Under the pieces are notes generated by a model. That model was not told the origin of the DNA, did no database searches, and was given only the letters and a program-made list of their open reading frames with translations. The position numbers and the translations under genes are program-made. A DNA stretch of 64,000 nt, taken from an uncultured Lachnospiraceae bacterium (GTDB lineage: Bacteria; Bacillota; Clostridia; Lachnospirales; Lachnospiraceae). How positions within the stretch are numbered: the first letter of the stretch is position 1; each line of letters opens with the position of its first letter. Of the stretch, positions 17,995 to 27,199 are shown one piece after another. The stretch lies in contig CALWRE010000158.1 in the NCBI GenBank assembly GCA_944383835.1, positions 6,008-70,007 of the forward strand. Reading direction: 5' to 3'.

Positions 17995-18023
17995 TTGACA
18001 ATCATTCTCTGCCGTGGTAAAGT
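17995..18023 (+). promoter_or_regulatory. Putative sigma-A promoter of the T-box leader
   Basis: TTGACA (17995-18000), 17-nt spacer, TGgTAAAGT extended -10 (18015-18023). Confidence 0.55.
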
Positions 18024-18029
18024 ATCACA

Positions 18030-18311
18030 CAAAGAAACAGACATGACGCTGACGAGGAAGAGTAACAGGAAGGCGGGAATCAGAGAATTGCCGGGCGGTG
18101 CGAGGCAGTCGAAGCATTCTGCGAAGATCCCCTCTGAGTCTCCGGCCTGAACCGATCTTTGTAAGGATCCCAGTAAGCTTGGACGGCTGATAGCCGTTAC
18201 CCTATCCCATATTGTAAGATATGTGAGCGAGAGGTCGTTTTTAACGGCAATAAGAGTGGTACCGCAGAGGAATAGAAGCCCTTTGTCTCTTAAGGAGGCA
18301 GGGGCTTTTTT
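18030..18311 (+). promoter_or_regulatory. T-box leader (tRNA-sensing riboswitch) with terminator
   Basis: Stem I elements are present: AGTA (18061), AGAGA (18082-18086) and distal-loop GGTGCGA (18097-18103). The T-box sequence AATAAGAGTGGTACCGC is at 18249-18265, followed by an imperfect long hairpin and a T6 run (18275-18311). Confidence 0.75.
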
Positions 18312-18389
18312 GTGTGATTTTTCTATCTGCTTATCTGCGTCAGGGAAAAGGATGTCTGCGTCTTATTTTATCCAACGGAGGAAGAGAGT

Positions 18390-19343
18390 ATGAAGGTATT
18401 GGAAAAGATCAGTGATTTTTTTGGAACGTATATGGCGGTGATTGTGCTTGCGGTGGCTGCGCTGGCTCTGTTTGCCCCGAACACCTGCCTGTGGGTGGAA
18501 ACCTCCTGGGTCAATTATCTGCTGATGATCGTGATGTTCGGTATGGGTCTGACGCTGAAGCTGGAGGATTTCCGCCTGCTTTTTACCCGGCCTAAGGATA
18601 TTATCATCGGCTGCGTTGCTCAGTTCAGCATCATGCCGCTGCTGGCCTGGCTGCTGGGAAAGCTGTTTCAGCTGGATCCGGCGCTGCTTGCCGGCGTAGT
18701 TTTAGTGGGAACCTGTCCGGGAGGAACCTCCAGCAATGTAATTACCTATTTGTCCAACGGCGATGTGGCCCTTTCGGTGGGAATGACCAGCGTAAATACG
18801 CTGCTGGCCCCTTTCCTGACGCCGGCCATCACGTATCTGCTGCTGCGAACCACGGTGACGGTGGATATGGTCAGCATGTTTGTTTCCATTGTACAGGTGG
18901 TGATTGTGCCCATTGGCCTGGGCTTCCTGATCAATAAATTGTTCGGCAGCTTTACCCAGAAGCTGGTGAAAATACTGCCCTGCATTTCTGTTATTGCGAT
19001 CTGCCTGATTGTGGCGTCCGTGGTGTCTCACAATGCGGATAAGATTATGTCCACCGGCTTCGTTGTTTTTGCCGTTGTAATTCTTCATAATCTGCTGGGC
19101 TATGCCGGCGGCTTTGCTGTGGGAAAGCTGCTGCACCTGAATGTGGCAAAGACAAAGGCTTTGTCCATCGAAGTAGGGATGCAGAATTCAGGCCTGGCGA
19201 CCTCCCTGGCCGGCACGGCCTTCCCTGACCTGGCGATGGCTACGGTGCCGGGGGCTGTGTTCTCCGTGTGGCATAATATTTCCGGCGCAATCCTGGCCAA
19301 TATTTACAGGCGCTGGTCCGATAAGGAGCAGAAGGCGGACTGA
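18390..19343 (+). CDS. Bile acid:sodium symporter (BASS/YocS-like) family transporter
   Basis: About 10 TM segments. Family-typical segments are FGMGLTLKLEDF, GTCPGGTSSNV and EVGMQNSGLA. Confidence 0.85.
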   Translation: MKVLEKISDFFGTYMAVIVLAVAALALFAPNTCLWVETSWVNYLLMIVMFGMGLTLKLEDFRLLFTRPKDIIIGCVAQFSIMPLLAWLLGKLFQLDPALLAGVVLVGTCPGGTSSNVITYLSNGDVALSVGMTSVNTLLAPFLTPAITYLLLRTTVTVDMVSMFVSIVQVVIVPIGLGFLINKLFGSFTQKLVKILPCISVIAICLIVASVVSHNADKIMSTGFVVFAVVILHNLLGYAGGFAVGKLLHLNVAKTKALSIEVGMQNSGLATSLAGTAFPDLAMATVPGAVFSVWHNISGAILANIYRRWSDKEQKAD

Positions 19344-19345
19344 GC

Positions 19346-20242
19346 CTAACGGTTTTCGGGATTGGAAAAGCTTCGGATGTACGTAAAAAAGGCTTCTTCC
19401 GCAGCGGAGCGCCGGTAGTCTTTGCGGCAGGACAGGTAAATATCCCAGTTCAGCTCCGGATCCTCGAAGGGAATCTGGCGCACCGCGTCAAGCTCCGGCT
19501 CGCCCTGGGCCCCCAGGATGCCGATGACAGCCCGGCCGCGGGCAAAGACATTCCGATAAGTGGTATACAGGTTGCCGCTGGTGGGAATCAGATGAAGGGT
19601 AATCCCGGCATCCGCCGCCTTCTTTCGCAACAGATGGTAGGTCTTGAACTGGGGGCCGGCGCAGTGCAGGGTCAGCCCGTCCAGATCAGACATGCGAAGC
19701 GCATCCTGCGTGTACAGCGGATGGCCGGGTCCTGCCATAATGCAGAGGGCGAGGGGGCGGATCAGCCAGCTGTCAAACTGGTCCCGCGGCTGCGGCATCC
19801 CTATGCCCAGCACAAAGTCGGCCTCCCCGTCGAGGACGGCTTTTTCGGCCGGCAGATCGGGCATGGCGTCGCAGCGGATATAGATGTCGGGATGGGTTTG
19901 ATGAAAGTCCTCGATCAGCGTAAAGGACAGGGTGTCGACAGCCTGATAGGCGGCGGCCATGCGCAGCGGGGCAGCCCCATCGGGGGTGATGGAGCGGATC
20001 TTCTTGATTCCGGCCTCAAAGTTGCGCACCATTTCCCGGCAGATCGGGCAGATGGCCTCCCCGTAAGGGGTCAGCCGGATGGTGTTCCCGGTTTTTTTAA
20101 AGAGTTCGCTGCCCAGCTCCTTTTCCAGGGCCTTGACGCTTTTGGAAAGGGCCTGCTGGGTGATGTAAAGCCTGGTGGCTGCGGCGGAAAAGCTCTTGTC
20201 GTCGCAGACCTGGAGAAAATAGTAAAGATTGCGCAGTTCCAT
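19346..20242 (-). CDS. LysR-family transcriptional regulator
   Basis: N-terminal HTH MELRNLYYFLQVCDDKSFSAAATRLYITQQALSKSVKALEKELG. It is divergent from the flavoprotein gene. Confidence 0.9.
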   Translation of the reverse strand: MELRNLYYFLQVCDDKSFSAAATRLYITQQALSKSVKALEKELGSELFKKTGNTIRLTPYGEAICPICREMVRNFEAGIKKIRSITPDGAAPLRMAAAYQAVDTLSFTLIEDFHQTHPDIYIRCDAMPDLPAEKAVLDGEADFVLGIGMPQPRDQFDSWLIRPLALCIMAGPGHPLYTQDALRMSDLDGLTLHCAGPQFKTYHLLRKKAADAGITLHLIPTSGNLYTTYRNVFARGRAVIGILGAQGEPELDAVRQIPFEDPELNWDIYLSCRKDYRRSAAEEAFFTYIRSFSNPENR

Positions 20243-20412
20243 AATCAGTATTCCTCCTGTTCTTTCATTATACATAAGCAGAGAAAAAAAGTTAAGATTA
20301 TGTGAAAAAAAGTTGTTAGAAAAATGATTAACAGGCAGATATAATGAATATCGAATCGAAGAGAATGAAGCGATTCAACAGGAAAACATCATGACAACGA
20401 GGAGGAAAGACA

Positions 20413-22326
20413 GTGAAGAGCAAAATGAGAAGGGGTGCTGCCCTGCTTGTGAGCCTGCTTCTGGTTCTCTCCCTGGCTGGCTGCAGCCAGGAGAGCGCTC
20501 AGACCACGGCAGAGACGCAGGCGCAGACACCCGCGCAGACAGAAGGAACTGCAGAGACGGCTGCAGAGGAAACCCAGGGGGGCCAGCATTTTACGGCAGG
20601 CACCTATACGGCTGAGGCCGAGGGCATCCGCAGCACGGTGAAGGTGGAGGTCACCTTCAGCGATACGGAGATTACCGATATCCGGATTGTAGAGCATGGC
20701 GAGACCCGCAACATCGCCGATGCAGCGCTGGAGCAGATTCCCCAGGAGATTCTGGACAATCAGTCCCTGGCAGTGGATGTGATTTCTTCGGCTACCTTTA
20801 CCAGCCGCGCGGTGATCAACGCGGTGACGGATGCCTGCGAGCAGGCCGGCGGCGACATGGATCTGCTGCGGGAGGCGATTCCGGAGAATCCCCAGGATGA
20901 GGAAGTTACCGCCGACGTAGTGGTGGTTGGCATGGGCTTAGCAGGCGTGACGGCCTCCATGAGCGCCCTGGATGAGGGCGCAACGGTGGTGGCTGTGGAG
21001 AAGGCCGGCGCGGCCGGCGGCTCCTCCAAATATTCCGGAGGCTTTATCACCGGCGTGGGCACCAAGCAGCAGCAGGCCATCGGCTACGACCTGGATGTGG
21101 ACGGGTACATGGATTATTTCAATGCCAGCGAGGACCAGTCCGTAAAACCCGATGAGACCGACAGGGATGCGGTGCGGGCGATGATTGAGCGCTCGGCCTC
21201 GGATATTCAGTTCCTGGAGGATCACGGTGTGGGCATCGCAGGTCCCGACGGCTTTGGAAGTGATTTCCTGGTATGGCATTATCCGGCTACCCGGACCAGC
21301 GCCTTCGACGGTGAGGCAGGCGGAGCCGATCACATCGTGGCCGGCATGGATTGGCTGGAGAACCAGGACGGTTTCTCCATCTATTATAATTCTCCCGCTG
21401 TGGAGATCCTGACCGATGAGGCAGGAAATATCACCGGTGTGCGCTGCGAGAGGGACGACGGTTCCACCCTGACAGTGAATGCAAAAGCGGTGGTTCTCTC
21501 CTGCGGCGGCTGGGCGGCCAGCCAGGAGATGATGGCCCGCTTCTGCCCCGACTTCCCGTCTGAGTGGGTGCTGCCTTATACGACGGCTGCCATGACGGAT
21601 ACCGGCGACGGCATCACGATGGCGGAAGCCCTGGGCGCTGACGTCTATAAGGACGGCTGGTGGATGGATCTGGCCATCGGCGTGGATGTGGGCGGATATT
21701 CCACCTATTTCCCGGACACCTTGAACGGCCTGATCAACTATGCCAACTATTTCGTGGTGGACGGCGAGGGAACCCGCGTGTTCAACGTCAACTCCCTCTA
21801 CGGCCCCCGCTCCATCGCCTTTGCCGACGCCATGGAGAGAACCGGCGTGATCTACTCCATCTTCACGGCCGAGGGCTTTGAGAACGGCATCCAGTTCATC
21901 GAGGACAACGACCGGGTGGACAATGTGAACGTCTACAAGGCAGATACCCTGGAGGAGCTGGCTGAGATTACCGGTATGGACGCGGATAATTTCGTAGCTC
22001 AGGTGGAGCGCTACAATGAGATGTGCGCCAACGGCGTGGACGAGGATATGGGCCAGACGACCCTGATCCCCATTGGAGACGGCCCCTACTATGCGGTCAG
22101 CATCAAGACCATCACCATGGGCACCATCGGCGGTCTGAAAACCAACGATGACAACCAGGTGCTTTCCACCGACGGCACGCCCATCGAGGGCCTGTACGCG
22201 GCCGGTGAGCTGATCAACGGCAAGTACTTCAACCAGGTCTACGTATCCGGCGACGCGCAGCTTCTGTGCACCGATTCCGGTATCATTGCAGGCGCAGGCG
22301 CCGCAGCCTATGCCCTGGGTGAATAA
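20413..22326 (+). CDS. Extracytoplasmic lipoprotein flavin reductase (FMN_bind domain + FAD_binding_2 fumarate/urocanate-reductase-like domain)
   Basis: GTG start after AGGAGG. Lipobox LSLAGC, an FMN_bind domain with DVISSATFTS, a dinucleotide fold DVVVVGMGLAG and the C-terminal signature GLYAAGE. Confidence 0.85.
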   Translation: MKSKMRRGAALLVSLLLVLSLAGCSQESAQTTAETQAQTPAQTEGTAETAAEETQGGQHFTAGTYTAEAEGIRSTVKVEVTFSDTEITDIRIVEHGETRNIADAALEQIPQEILDNQSLAVDVISSATFTSRAVINAVTDACEQAGGDMDLLREAIPENPQDEEVTADVVVVGMGLAGVTASMSALDEGATVVAVEKAGAAGGSSKYSGGFITGVGTKQQQAIGYDLDVDGYMDYFNASEDQSVKPDETDRDAVRAMIERSASDIQFLEDHGVGIAGPDGFGSDFLVWHYPATRTSAFDGEAGGADHIVAGMDWLENQDGFSIYYNSPAVEILTDEAGNITGVRCERDDGSTLTVNAKAVVLSCGGWAASQEMMARFCPDFPSEWVLPYTTAAMTDTGDGITMAEALGADVYKDGWWMDLAIGVDVGGYSTYFPDTLNGLINYANYFVVDGEGTRVFNVNSLYGPRSIAFADAMERTGVIYSIFTAEGFENGIQFIEDNDRVDNVNVYKADTLEELAEITGMDADNFVAQVERYNEMCANGVDEDMGQTTLIPIGDGPYYAVSIKTITMGTIGGLKTNDDNQVLSTDGTPIEGLYAAGELINGKYFNQVYVSGDAQLLCTDSGIIAGAGAAAYALGE

Positions 22327-22354
22327 CGGCAGGGGTAACTGCCATAAAATTTGC

Positions 22355-22394
22355 ACCGGCAGCCGGGAGATTTGACAGCTCCCGGCTGCCGGTG
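22355..22394. terminator. Bidirectional terminator hairpin
   Basis: 16-bp perfect stem CACCGGCAGCCGGGAG / CTCCCGGCTGCCGGTG between convergent genes. Confidence 0.75.
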
Positions 22395-22408
22395 TGCTGT
22401 TTCCGGTT

Positions 22409-23701
22409 TTACAGGCAATCCCGGACAAACTGCTCCAGCTCTACGCTCTCCCCTTTATGAAGGCGGGAATATTCGGCGGCCATGGCCATCACATGACTTT
22501 CCACCGAAGCGTCGATGGAGGTCAGAGCCTGGCTGCCGCCGTCCTGCAGAAGATGGTACAGGGAGTCCATCATCCGGAAGTCTCCGCCGCCGTGTCCGGC
22601 AAAACGGTCGTCGAGGGAGTCCAGCTTTATGACCTGCTCCGGCTGGCCAAAGAGGCACAGATGAATCGTATTTTCCGCCATATTTCCCTCCAGCTCGCCG
22701 GCGCTGCCAGTGGCCCGGAGGGTGCGGTAGCAATTTTCGGTGAAGGCGGAGAGGGTGAAGGAGGCGGTTATACCGCCCTCAAATTCCATCTGGACGGTCT
22801 GGTGGTCGGCCACGTCGTTGTCGCAGTGATAGACGCAGCGGCCATAAGGGCCCGAGCGCAGGGCCTTATAGAGTTTTTCCTCGGTGGGATTTATGGCTAC
22901 CACATTGCAGGGCCAGCCATTATGTCCTGCCCGGATGCCGGTCTTTTGGCTGCTTATGTAAATTTTCTCACAGTCGTAGGGGCAGCTGTCCTTGGCGGGG
23001 CAGCCGTCCAGACAGCGCATGGCTCCAGGCTTGGGGCCATTTTCTTCTTTAAACCAGTCGAGGCTTCCGTAGGAGGAAAGGCGCAGGCAGCGTACGCCGG
23101 CCAGCCAGCGCAGGATATCCATATCGTGGCAGGATTTCTGCAGAATCAAGGGACTGCTCTCATCGCTGCGTCTCCAGTTGCCGCGGACGAAGCTGTGAGC
23201 GAAATGCCAGTAGGCCACGTTTTCGCTGGCCTCCAGGGTCTGCAGCTTTCCGATGGCGTTCTGGGCGAGCAGCTCATGAATCTTCTGATAGAAGGGGGTG
23301 TAGCGCAGCACATGGCAGACTACGACGATCCGGTTTTGCCGGTGGGCCTCCTCCCTTAGCTGCAGACACTCCTGCAGGCTGGGGGAAATGGGCTTTTCCA
23401 GCAGCAGATGGTAGCCCTTTCGCAGAGCGGGCAGGGCATAGCAGATGTGCTGGGTATCCATTGTGGCGATGATCATTACGTCGGCCAGCTTAGGCGCCGC
23501 CAGCAGCTGATCCCCATTTTCAAAGCAGTATTCCGGGGCGACGCCGTATTCCCTGCGTGCCTCCGCCCTTTTCTCCGGATCCGGATCCGCCATGGCGACG
23601 ATCTTTATCTGCTCCGGAAAATAATGGGCATAGGATGCATAGGCGTCTCCGCCCCTGCTGCCGAAACCGCAGATGGCTACGGTGATAGGTCTTTGATTCA
23701 T
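22409..23701 (-). CDS. Gfo/Idh/MocA-family NAD(P)-dependent oxidoreductase with Cys-rich insert
   Basis: N-terminal Rossmann VAICGFGSRGG and an EKP motif LLLEKP. The insert is CLDGCPAKDSCPYDC (C-x3-C-x5-C-x3-C). Confidence 0.85.
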   Translation of the reverse strand: MNQRPITVAICGFGSRGGDAYASYAHYFPEQIKIVAMADPDPEKRAEARREYGVAPEYCFENGDQLLAAPKLADVMIIATMDTQHICYALPALRKGYHLLLEKPISPSLQECLQLREEAHRQNRIVVVCHVLRYTPFYQKIHELLAQNAIGKLQTLEASENVAYWHFAHSFVRGNWRRSDESSPLILQKSCHDMDILRWLAGVRCLRLSSYGSLDWFKEENGPKPGAMRCLDGCPAKDSCPYDCEKIYISSQKTGIRAGHNGWPCNVVAINPTEEKLYKALRSGPYGRCVYHCDNDVADHQTVQMEFEGGITASFTLSAFTENCYRTLRATGSAGELEGNMAENTIHLCLFGQPEQVIKLDSLDDRFAGHGGGDFRMMDSLYHLLQDGGSQALTSIDASVESHVMAMAAEYSRLHKGESVELEQFVRDCL

Positions 23702-23963
23702 GATATTCTCCCTTCCGCCGCGACAGACAGCGGCCTTTTGTATTTCGTTTCCTGACACAGAGAGTATGAGTCAATGGAATATAAAAGTCAAGAGTCATTT
23801 TCATTTCCGGCATGCTCGGCCCTGCTCCATCATACGCTCCATCATACAAAACTATCATACAAAAAAGTAATTTTAAATTTTGAAGCGAATGATATAAACT
23901 GTTAAGCGTAAGAGGATAACTATGTCCATTACCTTAATTAAAAGAAGAAAGAAGGATTAAACA

Positions 23964-24848
23964 ATGGCAAAGGCAAAGGTTTATTTTACAAAAGAGATCA
24001 CGCCGGAGAGCCTTGTACGCATCTATAAGGCGCTGGGAAGAGATCTGAAGGGAAAAGTTGGCGTCAAGATTTCCACCGGTGAGCCTGGCGGGCATAATTA
24101 CCTGCATCCGGAGCTGATCGGCGATCTGGTGCATCAGCTGGACGGTACGATCATCGAATGCTGCACGGCCTACGGCGGACAGCGCCAGGATCCGAAGAAG
24201 CACTGGAAGGCCATCGAGGATCATGGGTTCAAGGCCATGGCTCCCTGCGACATTATGGATGAGTTCGGCGAGATGGATATTCCGGTGGAGAATGGCTTTC
24301 ATCTGAAGAAAGACATCGTCGGCGAGCATTTTGCAAACTATGACTCCGTGCTGGTGCTGTCCCATTTCAAGGGGCATGCCATGGGAGGCTTCGGCGGCGC
24401 GCTGAAGAATATCAGTATCGGCATTGCCTCCACCCATGGAAAGGCGAATATCCATACCGCCGGCGTTACCACGGAGGCGGCGAAGCTTTTTGACAATCTG
24501 CCCCCGCAGGATCATTTCCTGGAATCCATGGCCGATGCCTGCAAGGCGGTTATCGCATATAAGGGAGCCGAAAACATGCTTTACATCAACGTGGCCAACC
24601 GCCTGAGCGTGGACTGCGACTGCGATTCCCATCCGGCGGAGCCGGAGATGGCGGATCTGGGCATTTTTGCATCCGTGGATCCGGTGGCCGTGGACCAGGC
24701 CTGCTATGACGCGGTAGTCAATTCCTCGGATCCCGGCAGGGCAGCCCTGATTGAGAGAATGGATTCCCGCCATGGCATCCATACGGTAGAGGCAGCTGCG
24801 GAGCACGGACTGGGCAGCCGGGAATATGAGATCGTATCCCTGGACTGA
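23964..24848 (+). CDS. DUF362-domain protein
   Basis: The N-terminus KVYFTKEITPESL...VKISTGEPGG and the later SHFKGH and VDCDCDS segments are typical of DUF362 proteins. Confidence 0.7.
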   Translation: MAKAKVYFTKEITPESLVRIYKALGRDLKGKVGVKISTGEPGGHNYLHPELIGDLVHQLDGTIIECCTAYGGQRQDPKKHWKAIEDHGFKAMAPCDIMDEFGEMDIPVENGFHLKKDIVGEHFANYDSVLVLSHFKGHAMGGFGGALKNISIGIASTHGKANIHTAGVTTEAAKLFDNLPPQDHFLESMADACKAVIAYKGAENMLYINVANRLSVDCDCDSHPAEPEMADLGIFASVDPVAVDQACYDAVVNSSDPGRAALIERMDSRHGIHTVEAAAEHGLGSREYEIVSLD

Positions 24849-24858
24849 CTGATGGGCG

Positions 24859-26157
24859 GTGAGAACCATATCTTCGCGTGAAAAGAAAAGAAGAAGCCGC
24901 AGGAAATGGAGAAGGCTGAGCATAGGCCTTTTATCCCTGGATATTTTCTTGCTGGCAATGCTGCTGATTTTAGCAGGACTGGCATGGCCGGAGCTGGCCT
25001 CGCAGAATGTGGCCATCGCGGCGGAACCGCCTGCCGTTTCGGAAACGGGTACGGAACCGGAGCTGCAGACGGAACCAGAGACCGAACCGCAGACGGAGAC
25101 AGCGGAGGAGACGGAACCGCAGACAGAAGCGGAGACGGCAGAAGAGACGGAGGCGGAGACAGCAGAGGAAACGGAACCGGAGCTGCCGGTGCTGACGGAA
25201 AACGGACTGGAGCTGCCGATAAACGGGGCTACAGGCTATGCTCCGGTGGCAATGACGCTGTGGTCGGAGATTCCCCGCGCCGATGCGCCGGGACAGCCTG
25301 CGGCTGAACTGACGCCGGGGACTGCTTTTGTGATTCTGCAGGAGGAAGGCGACTGGTGGCAGGTGGAAACGGAGACGGAGACGGGCTGGGTGGAGCATCG
25401 CTACTGCATGATCAACCTGCCCGATGTGATCCCTTCCATTATATATGACGCTACCAACTCCTACAGCTCCCTGTACAAAAGTTCGGGCAGAGAGATTCCG
25501 GAGGTGACGGGAAAGTCCCTGTATCCCGGAGCGGTATACAATGCGCGGCTGGAACGGGAAGAATACTGCATGCCCATGCTTTATGCCGCAGCGAAGAAAG
25601 TCTGCGCTGCCCAGCAGGCCGCTTTGGCCCAGGGCGACAGCCTGAAGATTTACGAGGCGTATCGGCCCTATTCCGTGCAGAAGGCAGTGGTGGATGGGCT
25701 TGGAGCCCTGGCAAAGGCTGACCCTGTGGTGGCTGCGGGGATCAATACCTCGCCCTGGCATATGAGGTATTTCATTGCCACCGGCTACTCCAACCATCAG
25801 AGAGGCTTCGCGGTAGATGTGAGCCTGGCCAAGGTGAAGGAAACCGAGGTAAAATATACCGGCAGCTTCAAGTATCTTCAGATAACGGAATATGAAGAGT
25901 ATGCCATGCCGACGCAGATGCATGAGCTGAGCATGGCGGCGGCCTCCGCCGTCGGCCCCGGCAGCAATGAGCTGGCTCCCACGATGAATGAGCCGGCGAT
26001 AGCCCTGCGCAGGTATTTTACAGAGGCAGGGATGTCGCCGCTGGAATCGGAATGGTGGCATTTTAATGACTTTGCGGCGCGGGATCTGGCAGCGGAGCGG
26101 CTGAGCGTGGGAAATTTTGTGGCGGAGGATTGCTTCAGCAGGCCTCCGGCGGGCTGA
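24859..26157 (+). CDS. Membrane-anchored M15-family (VanX/VanY-like) peptidoglycan peptidase with SH3b-like domain
   Basis: Basic n-region plus a TM, an acidic TEPE/TAEE linker and an SH3-like GDWWQVETETETGWV segment. Zinc-peptidase motifs YEAYRPYSVQ, SNHQRGFAVDV and EWWHF are present. The GTG start is uncertain. Confidence 0.7.
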   Translation: MRTISSREKKRRSRRKWRRLSIGLLSLDIFLLAMLLILAGLAWPELASQNVAIAAEPPAVSETGTEPELQTEPETEPQTETAEETEPQTEAETAEETEAETAEETEPELPVLTENGLELPINGATGYAPVAMTLWSEIPRADAPGQPAAELTPGTAFVILQEEGDWWQVETETETGWVEHRYCMINLPDVIPSIIYDATNSYSSLYKSSGREIPEVTGKSLYPGAVYNARLEREEYCMPMLYAAAKKVCAAQQAALAQGDSLKIYEAYRPYSVQKAVVDGLGALAKADPVVAAGINTSPWHMRYFIATGYSNHQRGFAVDVSLAKVKETEVKYTGSFKYLQITEYEEYAMPTQMHELSMAAASAVGPGSNELAPTMNEPAIALRRYFTEAGMSPLESEWWHFNDFAARDLAAERLSVGNFVAEDCFSRPPAG

Positions 26158-26383
26158 AAGACGCGGACGCGGCCGGAGAGGACGAAAATTCAACAAATTT
26201 TCACAAAATATTCCTCAAAGTTATTAGACAGCCGGGGCGAAGGCGTATATAATAATTTTGACCCGCGAAAACAGAAGAACACAGAGCAGCCGGCGTATTT
26301 CGGGAGAAAAATATATGTAAGTGGAAGAATAACGGCAGTTGGAGCTGTTCCGGCTGCCGTTGTTTCAATGGGATGTACGGAAG

Positions 26384-27106
26384 ATGGACGTAAAAACACA
26401 CAGTTTCAAATTAAACGGCAATCAATTAAAGCTGATTGCCATCGCAGCGATGGCGCTGGATCACTGCGTCGCGGTATTTGTGCCGCAGCAGATAGCCGGC
26501 CGCTGGATTTTGCGCATGCTGGGACGGATGGCTGCGCCGATTATGTGTTATTTGATCGCCGAGGGATATTGGCACACTTCAAACCTGAAAAAGTACATGG
26601 CTCGTCTTTTTGTGGTGGCGGTCATTTCTCATTTTCCCTATAATCTCTGTTTCGGATATGACGTTTGGCATTTCTGGGAGGCCACGGATGTGATGGTGGC
26701 GCTGTTTGCCGGCCTGGCGGCCCTGGCTGCCTTCGAGAAGAAGGAGCTGCCTTTATGGCTGCGTCTTTTCTTTGTTGCAGTCTGCTGTGCTTTCGCTTAC
26801 TCCGCTAACTGGAATTATATTGCCGTGCTCTGGATTCTGGGCTTTGGCGTTTTCCATGGCGATAAGCGCAGGCAGCTTGCGGCTTTTACGGCGGTGGCCG
26901 GCCTTTACTTGCTCCAGCCTTTTATCTATGGAATGAATTTGGCATTCATATCTTATATACGCCGCTTCGGCGTTTTTCTCGTGATTCCTCTCCTGCTTGC
27001 CTACAGCGGAGAGAGAGGAAAGAAAAATAAATGGATCAAATGGGCTTTCTATTGGTTTTATCCGGTGCATTTATGGGTGATTTATCTGATCAACCAGTTT
27101 GTCTGA
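26384..27106 (+). CDS. TraX-family membrane protein
   Basis: The N-terminus LNGNQLKLIAIAAMALDHC is typical of TraX-family proteins, and the protein is polytopic. Confidence 0.8.
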   Translation: MDVKTHSFKLNGNQLKLIAIAAMALDHCVAVFVPQQIAGRWILRMLGRMAAPIMCYLIAEGYWHTSNLKKYMARLFVVAVISHFPYNLCFGYDVWHFWEATDVMVALFAGLAALAAFEKKELPLWLRLFFVAVCCAFAYSANWNYIAVLWILGFGVFHGDKRRQLAAFTAVAGLYLLQPFIYGMNLAFISYIRRFGVFLVIPLLLAYSGERGKKNKWIKWAFYWFYPVHLWVIYLINQFV

Positions 27107-27199
27107 GAGAAAATTCCATTGGGAATGCTTTGGTATAAATTCCTCCGTTTTACAGATACTAGTTTCCATAACAAGCAGTGCAAAATGGAGGAAATTTTC

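Noticed and set aside
20353-20376. Inverted repeat GAATCG-N12-CGATTC as the LysR box for the flavoprotein promoter
   Set aside because: It lies downstream of the best -10 (TATAAT at 20340-20345), so inside the 5'UTR, and it does not fit the T-N11-A spacing. This is too weak to call.
26384-27106. TraX as a marker of a conjugative element
   Set aside because: There are no relaxase, T4SS, integrase or repeat boundaries nearby. TraX-family acyltransferase-like membrane proteins are common chromosomal singletons in Clostridia.
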